64,000 nt of DNA, taken from NCBI GenBank assembly GCA_050084515.1, contig CM114271.1:2046001-2110000 (forward strand). Direction: 5' to 3'. Shown here one piece after another: positions 12,250 through 25,620 of this stretch (position 1 is its first letter; the number at the start of each line of letters is the position of its first letter). Position numbers and translations under genes: made by a program. A model generated the notes under the pieces. That model made no database searches. It saw only the letters and a program-made list of their open reading frames with translations, and had not been told where the DNA came from. The DNA comes from Blasia pusilla (lineage: Eukaryota).

Positions 12250-15033
12250 TGGGGGTTGGTATTCTGGCAGGAGAGAGGAAGAGAGGAGAGTCTCTCTTAA
12301 AATAAAAAGGGCCAAATCCGCCTCTTCTCTTCAAAACTTTTTGACATATTTGAAATTTTTGTTTGCTTTCAAATTCATGAAATCTTTAGAAGAGAGTAGG
12401 TAGTGGTCCACATTCGGGCCTAAAGAAACCTCCTTTTTCCAGGGGGCGAAAAACAAGCAGACATCATAAGATCACTATAAACATTTTTCCATCACTTTCC
12501 ATGTGAGCCTAAGTTTCTTCACATTGCCTGTCTTAGTCTACAGTAAGCTGTGCCCAGGGGTATTTTTGTTGGAGGACCATTGGCAAATAATTTGACTAGA
12601 AGTAGCAATCTCATCTCAATGAAATGTTCAAATAAAGAGTCTAACGATAGTCTCAACAGACTGCGGTGCTTTTCAAGGTTTAACTTCTCAGAATATTTGG
12701 TTGACATTATGGATTGACATCTCTTCTTGCAAAAGAAAGGCACAAGGAAATGCATGTAAATGATTGTTGACTCTTCTTGTAGAAAGCATCAATACTCATC
12801 ATACATTATGGAAAACCATTGGCAACACAGTACCAAAATGAGAATTGTTGAGCTTCCCCCATTCCTAAGTGTCTCTGAAGTGTTAATGTGTCATGAGACC
12901 TCAACCGGATGCGCATTGGGTACGATGCCAACCTCTCTTTTTGCAGGGATTGTTGCCTGCATCATGGCTTCCCTTGAATTACCCCATAATGAATGGTGTC
13001 TGCTAAAGACCAACTTTGTGAAATGTGAACACACGAGACGATAATTGTACCAAAATATTGTTAGCTATCTGGAGTAAAGAGGAATTGATGTCCCTTCATT
13101 CAGATCCTAAATCTGAGAAATCGAGAAGCTGTACCCCTCCCAACCCGTCGGAATTTTAGAGGTTGCAACTCTTGCAACCCGTCGGAATCAGATGGCTTGC
13201 ACCCCTTGCAAGCAAGCTCACCATAACAAAGGAAAGATTTTCAGAAGTGATTCAATTCCACCCTGCACCCACAAAAATCCAACAGGTTGGCAATCCGACA
13301 AGTAGTAGGAATCCAGCACGTCTTAGAGAAGAAAAGAAGCCTACGACTGGTTTGACGATACTAGGGGAACGAACCAAAAGTGAAGAAGCTCACCACAATA
13401 CCTCAGAATTTGGTCTCATAGGGAAAGAGTCAGATCACTCAAGCAGCTAACCTGTCAAAATCCGACAACTTGCTTGGAAATGGTTAAAAAGTTGCAATGT
13501 TCAAAAAGTGAAAAGTTGCAACACGTCGGAATCAGACAGCTTGCCTGGAAATGGTTAAAAAGTTGCAGTGTTCAAAAAGTGAAAAGTTGCAACCCGTCGG
13601 AATCAGACGGGTTGCAAAATAAACATTTTGAATAGCTAGACGAACACAATCGACAAGTCAAAAATATATATTCAACTAACTTTTACAAACACCATTATCG
13701 TTTGAAAAAATCTTGTCCTTTATTACATCCGAAGGAAGCTCGGAAATGTACATTTGATCTAGTCTGTGATTTCTTCAGCCTCGTCATCTATAAATTTACT
13801 CCTAACTCTCCTAGGTTTCTGTACAAAAGGAATGTCATGGGATACAAGTGGCTCCTCTGGCCGATTGTAGACGGGGATAAAAAATGTTGGCGAATTCGAG
13901 AGCCTTGGCCCTCCCCTAGGTACACCATAACGGTCCCATGTAACCATATTTGAGTCCCACTGCCTTCCTTGGCAGTATTCTTGTACGCTCTGCAAGGTGA
14001 CACCCATCCAATATCAATATGTGCTCCGTCCTTGGAAACACCATCATGACAATCTGACAGGTCGTAGGAATCCAACACGTCTTAGAGAAGAGAAGAAGCC
14101 TATGACTTGTTTGACAATACTAGGGGAAGGAGCCAAAGTGAAGAAGCCCGCCAGAATGCCTCTAAAGTTGGACTAACAGGGAAAGAGTCCGATCACTCAC
14201 GCAGCCAATATGTCAAAATCGGACATGTTGCTTGGAAGTGGTTAAAAAGGTGCAGTGGTCAAAAAGTGAAAAGTTGCAACCCGTGGGAATCGGACAAGTT
14301 GCAAAATAAATTGTCGGAGTACATAGACGATAACAATCGACAAGACCAAAAAAGATATTCAGCAAAATTTTACAAACACCATCATCGCTCGAAAAAATCT
14401 TGTCCTTTATTACATCCGAAGGAAGCTCGGAATTGTACATTTGATATATTCTATGAATTCTTTTGCCTCGTCATCAAATAAATCCCTACTCCAAAACGCT
14501 GCAGTCAAGCTAGGTCCGTGAGTTCTTTGAACTCACTCGTCATCGTCCGAGAGCTCCTCCTGAATTACTGTCGGCCTTGCCCTCCCAATTTTTGGAATCG
14601 TGGGAAGTGACGATGGTGTCACTACCAATGGTGGGTCTGGAACCAGAGCTCTTGGCCTTGGAGGAGAGTTGTACGCCCCAACTAGCTTGTCGTAATCTGC
14701 CTTTGCCTCTTTGCAAAGGTCAAACAGTTTATGCCTTCCCTCAAGGCAAAGAATGTTCCTGCCACTATGCCATGCGCCTCTGATACTCGCCCCTTGAAAG
14801 GCCCACTAAGTCGAACACCAAGTCACCCGGCCTTGAGCACAGCTCGATGAGCGTTTGCATCAGGGCTGGCAACTTTTCCCTTCCTCCAAGTAAGGGGGTA
14901 CTGTCTTGCATGTAAATTCCGGGGGGTGGGAGGGATTGTATAAACTATCTAAGCTGTACCCATCGGAGCATGGATCCACTGGATCCAGGATCTTAAATAC
15001 TTGGAAGTTGTGCTCGGGCCGAACAAAGCGTAA
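12250..15033 (-). mobile_element. Mutator-like element copy A, right arm (terminus to last exon of the MTase-like gene)
   Basis: Reverse complement of 25747-27953; terminus (T)GGGGGTTGGTATTCTGGCAGGAGAG also seen at 40545; flanked by CCCTCATAA (12241-12249). Confidence 0.85.
14533..15030 (-). pseudogene. Last exon of ParB/amino-methyltransferase-like gene, copy A
   Basis: Hand translation REKLPALMQTLIELCSRPGDLVFDLVGLSRASIRGAWHSGRNILCLE resembles the KP..LI..S.PGD.VLD...GR....E C-terminal block of beta-class N4/N6 MTases. Confidence 0.75.
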
Positions 15034-18000
15034 TGCGAACATGCTCCGAACTTCCCCCGTCTACGAGTCTGAAACCGGCACTTGTAAGATTGTCCACTTT
15101 GTCTTGAGTGCGGTTCGTACCTATGGCGATGGGCCAAATCGTGGGGGTATTCCCCGGAGCTCCAATGGCAGCCGGATAAGACTTCCGGAAAGCGCAAGAT
15201 TCATTTGGGCAGAAGAAGTACTTCAATTGATCCCCGGTCCTTGTGAAACAATCAAAGGTTTTGAGTCCCCAAAACCCAGGCAGTGGTCATCCAGTGCTTG
15301 TACAGTTCTTATTTAGGAAAGTGCCGCATGCTCTCCTAATTCCATCAGATCCTGCCCTGCAGGTGGGTTCACGTCCTGGGTTGCTCCGAGATATATGCCA
15401 CCATTTTAGGTTGCAATCCACCTCCATTACCGGAATCCCATATTGTTGAACCACCCTAGTGACCGGATGTTGCGAACTTCCAACAACGGAGGGCTTTTGA
15501 AATAAGACATTCACTGATTTTGAAGAAGGGTCTCCATCACGGATTTGGGACGGTTTCGGGGTCCCCGAATACCTGGGCGGCATAATTTCCTCATCCAAAT
15601 CAATCACCGGATTTGTTCCTCGATGCTGCCTCTTCACCTGTCTGAAGTCAAGATACTTATCTGGTCTCCACGAGTCTCGCTCGGACTGCTCTACCACCAT
15701 CTGAATGGGACGTCTTGAAACCCGCCCATGAATATCCCCACCAATGTGTATGTCTTGCTCGAGGGGAGTTCCAGCTACGCACCGGTTGAAGGCTTCCACA
15801 TACATTTTTCATCACTCGATCTCACAGCCACCCTGATATAGAGCTCGTAGATCGACGGCCCCCTTCCTTTTGTTATGCCTTTTGTGAGGAAGATATGAGA
15901 CGCTGCAGACTGTAGCATTGCTCTTGCTTGGTCTTGTTGGCATGCCTCCACAAGTGAAATTCGTTGGCATGCTTGTGACGACCTCCAGGAGGAATGAACA
16001 CTTTCTGCTCCACTTGTGTTGGGGCAGAGGGCATTTTCATGAATGTTCAATCCCTGCAACGATGGAAATGTTAGAAGGGAACGAAAATAACTCAGGAGTA
16101 AAAAATATAAGCTACATGTCGGAACCAGACGGGTTGCAAGCCCAAGGCATCCCATGAACGACTCTGCAACCCGTCGGGTCCCGACGTGTTGCAACCTTAA
16201 ACCCACCTACTGCAACCCGTCGGAACCAGACTGGTTGCAAGCCCAAGGCATCCCATGAACGACTTTGCGACCCGTCAGGTCCCGACGTGTTGCAAACTTA
16301 AACCCACCTACTACAACCGATCGGAACTAGACGGGTTGCAAGGCCGAAGCATCCCATGAACGACTTTGCGACCCGTCGGGTCTCGACGTGTTGCAACCGT
16401 AAACCCACCTACTGCAACCCGTCGGATTCAGACGGGTTGCAAGGCCGAGGCATCCCATGAACGACTCTACAACCCGTCGGGTCCCGACGTGTTGCAACCC
16501 TAAACCCACCTACTACAACCTGTCGGATTCAGACGGGTTGCAAGAACCTATGGCCACTCTGGAAGATCCAAGTGCAAGTCCTCCAAAACCCATCCGGGTC
16601 AAACTATTTGCAGGCCTTGTATACATGCAACTTGCATACTTGTCTATGGGTTGCACCAAAATTCTGGATGCAACCCGTCGGTTTTCGTCGGGTTGCACAC
16701 TCGGGCAACCCGTCGCATCCGACAGCTTGATTGGTTTCTTCGGTTTGAAATTGCTATAGTTCCCACGCTTTTCAACTTGAGCTGCAACTTTACAAACAAT
16801 TCTCAGCGTGAGCTTGACAAGACCAAATAGTGAACTCACCTGCCGCATGAAGTTTCCACATTGTCTCATACGTACAGTCCACCAACTCAACCAAGAGCAC
16901 AACTCTTTGTACTTCCCCTCAATCGCATGCTTCCTCCACCACCCATGAAGTTCTTCTTGGCATTCCATGGCATGCTTCAAGGTTTTGTTGTCCTTGTAGC
17001 GTTGGAGTAGAGTGACATGCTCTGTCCTCTTATTCTCCTTGATGCAAGATTTGGTGTACCGGGTCACGGACTGTTGCCAATGGAAAGCATCCGACCTTTC
17101 CCTCTCCGGTTGAACCTCTCCACCCCAAAACACTTCCGAGATAGCAATTCACCCAGGTTGTGCATTGTCCGCCATGAACCCATAAATTTCCGGAGGTGGC
17201 CTTTTTTTTCCTTCACCACCTCCAATAAGAGTAACCAGCACATCTTCAAACTGCCAACGTCTTCTGCCTTTACTTCACACACAAATATAGTTTTGAGTCC
17301 CTTCTCCACATGGTCATAAACGTGAGCACCCATCGTCAACCATCCGTTCAGTACTCTGTAGCAAATATCAAAGCTTACCCAACTGCCGTAAAGATCTTCC
17401 CCTTCCCTCATTCGATCTATAAGATCGAGGCCACTCGACGGACCTATGGTTGACATTTTGAAGACATAGGCCCTAAATCCCTCGCCTCCTTGGCCCATGA
17501 ACTGCCATCTCTCAATGAATGGAAATCTGGACTTGGCCTTGATTCTGGCGATGGCATCCATTTCGGCCGTCTTTCCATCCAGAACTCGTATTTGACGCAG
17601 CAAATTTCGGAAGCATTCAGGATCAGGGAGAAATGCAAGATTTTCCCAAAGTTGTTTCTCCTCAACCGTCGTGATCTCGCCCTGTCCAAAGATTCCAAGC
17701 AATTGTTCACAAATTTGTGATGCCATTGTGAGCTTGATCACTCAGGGCTTTGAACCCGGAGAGTTTCTGTAGACCTCGGCAACTTTCTTCGCCACATCCT
17801 CCTTGATGTGTCTCTGAATTGCATCGATCACAGGATGAGTGTGGGAGCCAACATGAACTTCCGGCCTTGTGTACTTTGACGTGGAGCCCAAGTTGTGGAC
17901 AATGAAAAATATGTATGCAGGACACGCTCCCACGCAAAACTGCGATGCGTGACAATGAGGACATCGAAGGCCTCCCGGCGGTATGGTGGCACCAACCTCG

Positions 18001-18850
18001 TAAGGAGTTTCTGCATTTTGGGGGGGAATTGGGACGTATTGACTCGCCCGTTGCCCTCTAGATACGGGCATGCTGGACTTCTACACTCCAAGGCTCCGAC
18101 GCATTGGCGGCGGGAGACAATCCAAGGACCATCTCGAATTGAAGCACTAGTCCGTTGAAGCCTGCACCATCGCTGACAATCAGACTTTCTGTCCATACCC
18201 TTCAGGCGTCCTCCATCTTTCTTTTGAGCAGGAGCAGCAAGTGGAGGCAACTCAAAAATGCAATTACCATCATACGTGGGCGGCAGCTCATCGACAAGAA
18301 TGTGCTTGAACATTTTCAAGGCCAAAGATGAAAGCAAACTATTGCCTGATACTCGCAAGAGGAACGAGTAGGCGAACAGAGGGCCCGGTTGGTGTACGAC
18401 AGATCCACTGAAGTTGATAACATCCGGAATCTCTTCAGGAAGAACAACATTGTTACGAGCATGTGAAGTTGGAGTCGAAGCCGGATCTACTGAGCTAGGA
18501 GTTGCAAACGTAGAGCTTGGAGCACTAGGAAATTCTCGACCGTCTACTTGGGAAACATATGAATTCAGGGGCAGGCCGTAAACTCTGTATTGACCATTTG
18601 CTAGAGGTAGGAGATTCCATACTTTACGGTTTGCAATCACTAGTTGGATTGTCTCACCTATTATGTCCTCCGTACCGTCCACCCTAACATCCTTGGATAC
18701 AAAGATGGTTCCAATTTGGAAAAGAAATCGAACAGAGAGAAAATTTTCATCCACTGCTATGAAAGACTCAAGAGCTTGCGGCCGAACGATTTCTGATTGA
18801 GGAAGGGCCGCTAGATGACTGCCACAAGTGAGCTTCACATAATTATCCAT
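15031..18850 (-). pseudogene. MULE-type DDE transposase with N-terminal GCM/WRKY-like Zn finger, copy B (exons 18850-16840 and 16053-15031; SWIM end deleted)
   Basis: RRQCVGALECRSPAC..CPHC..C..HVGSHTHP; D1 WVSFDICY; D2 GFMADNA..AIREVF; DAFHW; E in NTSGAESVHS; intron CAG|GTGAGT..TTGCAG; frameshifts and stop. Confidence 0.8.
16117..16543. repeat. Tandem array of ~4 x 101-bp units in the transposase intron, two palindromes per unit
   Basis: GGAACCAGACGGGTTGCAAG-type motif recurs at 16121, 16222, 16323, 16424, 16525. Confidence 0.9.
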
Positions 18851-19154
18851 TCCCAAAAATTTTGTATGGGAGGAGGGTGAGAATGAGAATGAGAATCGGA
18901 TTGAGAATCGGAATGAGAATGAGAATGAGAATGAGAATTTTTAATTTATAGTGAATAGGAAATCAGATACTCTTGATAGAATTTTACTGACAAGATGAAG
19001 TTCGGTAGGTGAAATTTTCTGACACAATGGATTCAATTCTGTTGCAATCTGTTACAAGATTTGGGAAGCAGAGACGTGGGTTGCGAAGCACACTTCATTT
19101 CGTTGGAACCCGTCGGAGTCCTGGTAACTCAACTATTAACCCAAGCTAAGCAAA

Positions 19155-19722
19155 GCCTGCAACCCATCGGCTTCGGACAGGTTGCACGCTTCTGCCTTAC
19201 CTTGAAACGCAAACATGATCAAAGCTGGCAACCCGTCGCTCTCCGACAAGTTGATCGGATACCGCGCCTTCTTGCCCGAAGATGGCGGAGGCTTGTAACC
19301 CGTCGGCATCAGACGGGTTGCCCAATTATCTCACGGTGTAACACTTACATGAAGGAAGCATGCAAACCGTCTGTTCCCGACGAGTTCGCGGGTGCCGCAC
19401 CTTCTTGCCCAAAGACGGCAAGGCGTGCAACCCGTCGCCCTCCGACGGGTTGCGCAAGGGCCTTGCCTTGTTTCGCTTACATGAAGGAAGCATGCAACCT
19501 GTTGGCCTCCGACAAGTTGCGTGGGAAGCCCGTGTTGTTAACCCTTGATGAGGGAAGCGTGCAACCCAACGGTCTCCGACGGGTTGCGCGGGTACGTTCG
19601 GTTCTTGTCCGAAGACGGTGGAGGCACTCAACCTGTCGGTCTCCGATGGGTTGCTCGCGCACCTCGCGTTATCGTCCCAGGACGGCGGAGGCACGCAACC
19701 TGTCGGACTCCGACGGGTTGCC
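19155..19722. repeat. Cluster of GCAACCCGTCGG-N3-CCGACGGGTTGC palindromes in the intergenic spacer
   Basis: About nine degenerate copies; a homologous cluster lies at 35405-36190. Confidence 0.85.
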
Positions 19723-19781
19723 ATTTTTCACGTCCAGACTTCCGTAACGGCCAGCACGTCGTTGTTGGAAGGTCAACGCGA

Positions 19782-19818
19782 CCCAACGGTCAGCCCAACG
19801 GCTAGAAAAGTATAAATA
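19782..19818 (+). promoter_or_regulatory. Putative promoter: two CCAACGG (MSA-like) motifs followed by TATAAATA
   Basis: CCCAACGGTCAGCCCAACGGCTAGAAAAGTATAAATA, conserved at 36250-36286. Confidence 0.55.
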
Positions 19819-21289
19819 GGGAAGAAATTGCTCATTTCCGGTTTCTCATTTTGCGATCTCCATCGCTCTCCCGCGCAGCAGGTGATCAGATACCAAGGGG
19901 CGCTTCACACGGCGAGTCATCGCGAGACGATACGAGCGAACGATCGTGAGACGGTTTGACCAAACGATCGCGAGACAATTCGAGCTACCCATCAAGGCAA
20001 CTCATCTCGATATCAGCAAGGCCACTGATCAAGCGATTCATCATGGACATAGGTGGAGGAATTTTTAGGAAAAATGACGAGGAAAAAAGCTCAAGCAAAC
20101 AAGTCTGGGAGCTTCACTCCCAAGTCCATTAGGACTCCTGCGTCACCATCTCCAGGGCCTCGTTCGGCAAATGAGATAAGGCAGCAAGAAATCAAGGAGC
20201 GAGAAAGGGAAGCGAAGATGCACAACTAGGAGGTTCTTGCGAAACGTGTACAAGAGGCGCTCGATAAACAGAACGCAGAGGCTGAGATGTCGTAGGCCTT
20301 GAAGAAAAGAGTCGCCGACAAAAAGCGAGAAAAGAAGCGTCTGGACGCGTCGGTGAGGAGAGCAGAATTGGCTAAAGCGAGGAGGGAAAAAGAAATAGCC
20401 ATTGACGACAGCGCTACCCATCAACCGAAAGTTTTGAGATGCGGGAAATGTCTCCGATGAAGTCCGGGGACACAATCAATATAGCGGAAACGGCCGGTGT
20501 TAAAATTCATGGACGATGAGATCATGAGGACCGCTAGTGTGGAGATGGTGGACATTGCTGAAGAAGCAAGAGAGCGGTCATCCTCCTCTCCAAGCCCGGC
20601 GGAAGAAATCAACCTCTATCGGATCGACGAGTTTCCAATGGACTTGCCAGCTGCTGTCTTAGAGCTGTTGGCTGGTCAAGAAACCCACCCAATCTTTGAG
20701 CGGGTAAGAGAGGATCTGGATTTTTTGAATTATGTGAAGGCCCATCTTGCAATTTATTGGCAATTCAGTGTAGCTTACTGATCTTGTCCCGGTTGTGACA
20801 GGTGGTAAAGCAGATGGCACTGATGGAAGGCCACAACGCCCCGAGAATTCCACTCTGCCGATTGCGGACAATGGAGTACGGCCGCGAAATTCAGTCTAAC
20901 GAGGATATTGCAAAGCTCAAACAATCGAAGGTGACAGCATCCTACGTCGACAACTTCCCTCCTCTCTATGTTCAGACTTACAATGACCATGGAACCCAAG
21001 CGCTGGTTACAGAGGAGGACTTGGAAAAGCTTGAGATATTCTGGAGGATGAGAGATCAAGAATTCAGAAGGCAAGTAGAGGGGACGGAATTCAGCTGGAT
21101 GAGGAATCTGCATTTCTTCATCTGGGATGGAAATCACAGGTTCATGGCATGGACAAAGTTTGCAGAGGAGCGCCCAAACTCCTTGGAGGCACATTTTTGC
21201 GTGAAGGCAGTGGTCCTTCATCCATACCCTCATCACATGGCGACGGTGGAGATGGCCATGCATGCCATGAACACGTAAGTTTCTTCTTG

Positions 21290-21985
21290 CTGCAAACCAT
21301 CGGACTCCGACAAGTTGTTTGAGTCGCCACTATTTTTGGGATGTTGTTGGCCAAATGCAACTCGTCGGACTCCAACGAGTTGCTCGATTGATGAATGGGT
21401 TAGGATGTTTTTGGCCGAAAGCAACTCGTCGGAGTCCGACGAGTTGCTCGACAGGCCGCATTCTTTGGATGTATATTGAAGAAAGCAACTCATCGGAGTC
21501 CGATGAGTTGCTCGACTCGCCGCCTTTTTTGGATGTTTTTTGAAGAAAGCAACTCGTCGGACTCCGACAAGTTGCTCGACTCGCCGCCTTTTTTGGATGT
21601 TTTTTGAAGAAAGCAACTCGTCGGAGTACGACGAGTTGTTCGACTGACCACAGGTTTAGTATGTTTTTGGCCTAAAGCAACTCGTCGGAGTCCGACGGGT
21701 TGCTTGACTCGAAGCTATTTTTGGAGGTTTTTTTATGTTTTTGGCCGAAAGAAACTCGTCGGAGTCCGACAGATTGCATTCGGAAGTTAGAAGCTACCTT
21801 TTTCGCGTCAAATTGCAGCTTTCATTGCAATTGCGCAACTTGTCGGACTGTGACGGGTTGTTATGTTCACTTTTGATACGGACTATCTGACAACCCGTCA
21901 GACTCCGACGGGTTGCATAATTTAGCTCGTTGCTAGAATCCGACCTTGAGCTGTGACGACCTGTCGGAGTCCGACGGGTTGCAGG
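21290..21985. repeat. Intronic array with 64-bp period built on the palindrome variant GCAACTCGTCGG-N3-CCGACGAGTTGC
   Basis: Copies start at 21357, 21421, 21485, 21549, 21613, 21677, plus looser flanking copies. Confidence 0.9.
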
Positions 21986-22804
21986 AACCCATGTACCTTA
22001 CAAAATTTCTTATATTGAGTTTGGATGTGCAGGATTGTATCGGAGGGGAATGTCACCCACCACTGGATCCAGGATTGCGATCGGGTGAAGAAGGTGCTTA
22101 CGACGCACCCGGCAGAGTACAAGGGATTCTTGGGCGATGCCCTGGTAAATCAGATGCTTGCAAAGGGTGCACAGATCAAAAAGAAGACTTGGGCAAATAA
22201 GTTTATTTCCCAAGATGCAGCCATCACAATCCTTTGCTGGTCAAAGATACAGGCCGTGAAGAAGAACGCTGCATTGGAGCTGGAGCGGAGGGAGAAAGTA
22301 TCTGGGTGTGAGCGCGCAAAATTCATCCAAGCTGCAGTATGTGCAGCCACGAAGTACACGGCAAGCAAGATGCAGCGCTACATCGCCATTCTCAACCCCG
22401 AACTTGGTCCGAATTTTTACAAGGAGCTGAAGGCGATTATCAAGAGCCAGCGAAAAAGGGATGATGATCCGCAAGGTCGGATTGGGGAGAAAGTGTCCCT
22501 CGATCGCGTGCATCGATTTGCGTTGTCTGGAATAAGCGAGTTTAGGAGAATCCGACTGATGAAAATCAGTCTCGAGGGCATAGAGGCCCAGAAGAGGGCG
22601 GCATACCATCCTCCGGGTGTGTCTGATCCAGTGATCTCCCACTAGCTCCGCGAATGGTCGTTCTGGGATGCGTTGCGGGTTATCGGGAAGTCCATGTTGG
22701 ACGGTCTCCAAGTGGAGCTCAAAAGAATAGAGCCCATTCCGGATGAAGCAAACCTGGAAAGTGATGGAGATTTTGAACTTTGGCTCGATGACATCCGGGA
22801 CAAG

Positions 22805-24014
22805 TGTGATACCCACAATTTTGTACTCTTGAAGAATATATCTTTTTATTCAACAAAGACTCTTGTATATTATGATTTTTATTATGATTATTTATTATTA
22901 TGAAGAAGACTAAGTAAATCACAAAGCTCCTGGGACAAGGCAGAGAGATGGAAGATCAAGGATTTGCCTTAGAGGAGAGGAAACCGCAATAACGAAGTCT
23001 CAAGACTCAGAACGAAGCTTAACGAAGCTTAACGAAGCTCTGTATACGAAGTGCTTCGCTACATAACGAAGCATCACGAAGAAAAGAAGAACAAAGTACT
23101 TCGCTCTTTAACGAAGCACGAAGTACGAAGCACAGGAAATAAGAACGAAGCATGGAGTACTTCGTCCTCTTGAAGTCCAACGAAGCGAAGATAAGAAGGA
23201 TTGTGATTTCAAGAGACACATGTTAAAACAGTTAGACTAGGAAAGGGTACGACCCTTTGTATCAAATTGGTAGTTAGAACAATTTTGTACTGCGGATTCA
23301 CAGGGATCATAGGAAGAGATCAGAGAACCATAGATCTAGGTAGTTAGAAACAGTGAAGAGACACTAGCTTCCTCAAGAACGTTTCGAATCTTAGGATCAC
23401 TTCCACTCCAGCGAATATTTAAGAAGCAAAGCAGAAGCCATTATCATCCTTCTCTTACGAAGTCCTTATGTTGTAGGAATGGTCCGAGCAAGAGAGTAGT
23501 ACCCTCTCGAGCTTGTATACACTTTGAAGCTTTCTCGTTCTTGATGGAGTAGTAAAGCAGTCATTCATTCATTCAGATGTGCGATGCTTATGTCTGAGTA
23601 TTCTTTTTGGGTTTGCAGAATGAGGAGTGAATCAGGCGAACCTTTCTCATCAGTGAAATAATCAACCTGAGTTGTAGGAAATCTGTTTGACAGAGAGTAA
23701 TCTGCCAAGACGGATTGAGTTCCGAAAGTAGGAGAAGCCAGCTTTTGTGTTGAGATCTCTGTGAGATTTCTTGATTTCGAGAGGAAAATCTACCTGAACA
23801 TGCTGTCAATTCCACTAGAGAGAATCGAGAAAAGATCCTTGGTACCAAGAAAGATCAGAAGATATTGAAAAGACATTAAATATAACTCACACACCTTTAA
23901 ATACAACTATAACCACAGAATTGTAATTCCGAACTCTCTTTTCATCAAGCAATGATCCTCTTGGGGATTGAACGTACTAAATCGACTATAAAAAAGAAAC
24001 ACTTGTATATTACA
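22805..24014. mobile_element. Solo LTR (1210 bp) inserted in exon 3 of the ParB/MTase-like gene
   Basis: TGTGAT...ATTACA ends; TSD ACAAG at 22800-22804 and 24015-24019; empty site GGACAAGCCC in copy A at 39031. Confidence 0.93.
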
Positions 24015-25329
24015 ACAAGCCCATCAAATACCGAGGTTTCAAGATGATGTTCAAGGATTTTGTCCTCCCTCAGGCAGACCTTGACGAAGAAGTCGAGGGG
24101 AACAAAAGGGATCCTGCAAAGAAGAAGCGAGATCTTCAGGAGCAGGCGGTCGATTCAGTTCGACTAAGAGCTGCCCAATGGATGGTCTTCAGGTACCTCG
24201 TCCATCGTAAGAATGCAGGTACCTGGGGAAAAATACCGGCAGCCTGCAAATTCTAGGCTTCTCCGCCTGATGGAGAGACATTCTCCATGTACGACACGGA
24301 GATGGCTCAGCACATGCTTGATTGGGAGGTGGAGAATTGCCCGATTTGGCTGGACTTCAACGACCCTGAGGACATTACCGAGAAAGATTTACGCGTGCTT
24401 CATGATGCAGTGGCCGCCGGACAAGACGACATCCCCAATTTTGTGCACCCTGAAGACTTTTTCGAAGGAGATGCGGAAGAGCAAGCCCTCGAGACAGCGA
24501 AGTTGGCTTCCAAGGTCTGCAGAGCCAAAGACAAATCCACAACGGGTCTCAAAGGCAAGGCGAGGGGAGGGAAGAATTCCGAGGCCGAGTCTTCCCAAAG
24601 AGAGGCCGAAGATTCAAGGCCAGAGTTGGAATCGTCTGGGCGAGCGGGGAGAGAGGGTCGGACCAGGTCCTCCGCGAAAAAAACCCCACCAGAGTCTGAG
24701 GTCATAGAGACCTCGACAAGCCGACCGCAGACTCGAGAGAAGCGGAAGCGAGAGGCGCCAGGGTTGTCCCAAGGAGAATACAGTCCATCATCCTTGGGAA
24801 GACATAGAGAAACAACGCCCCAGACAAGCGTCCTCCTTCAGTTCACGAATTTACTGCATGAGCTGAAAAGTTTCAGTTCTCAAGGGTCGACACCCGCCAT
24901 TGATAAATTGACAACGTTGGGACAGAAGCTTCAACAAAACGGGCACGCTCCCTGGATGGTCAATGGAGTGGTCGAAGAGGTGGCGGTGGATCTATTGATC
25001 TGTGATTTGCCCTCGAGGTTGCGATTTTGGGACGAGAATCCGTCGGACAGAGTACCAGACTGGAATGTTCCCCTTTCTTATGACCAGATCGCGCTCCTGT
25101 TTTCCTTTGCAGACGCTTATCTGAGTGACAGGGGCTGCTTCTTAGTTTTGAATGGAGGGAGCAAGGATGAGCTTTTCAACCTCCAGTGCGTCAAGAGGTC
25201 GCTGAAGTGGAGGACGGCGCAATCGTGGATCATCAAGAACGAGTACCCACTCCGATCCGCGACGAGTCAAATTCGGATAAGGCTCTATTCCTGTCTCTAG
25301 ATTCTATATCTCCGACGTTGTTTTCTTCC

Positions 25330-25620
25330 GTGAGCAACCCGTCGAAAGGCGACAGGTTGCTGGCTTAGAGTAGCCCATGCTTGGCTGAGAGCAACCCGTC
25401 GCTTTCCGACGGGTTGCATCTTTCCCAGAAACACAGGGAAAACGCATTACCACCTGCAATTGCTTATGGTTTTTCCCTATGTTTCCGGAAAGCTGCAACC
25501 CGTCAGAAAGCGACGGGTTGCTCTCAGCCAAGCATGGACTGCTCTAAGCCAGCAACCGGTCGCCTTCCGACGGGTTGGTCATGGACAAAAACAACCCGTC
25601 AAACTCCGACAGGTTGCTCC
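25330..25620. repeat. Palindrome cluster in intron 3
   Basis: About five GCAACCCGTC..GACGGGTTGC copies; homologous cluster at 40365-40545. Confidence 0.85.

Noticed and set aside
19061-19815. Arg-rich ORFs in the intergenic spacer (also 35900-36440, 46506-46937)
   Set aside because: By-products of GC-rich repeats or leader sequence; frames not conserved between copies
21290-21985. CRISPR-like array of palindromic repeats with spacers (also 16117-16543)
   Set aside because: Spacers resemble each other, arrays lie in spliceosomal introns, and no cas genes are present
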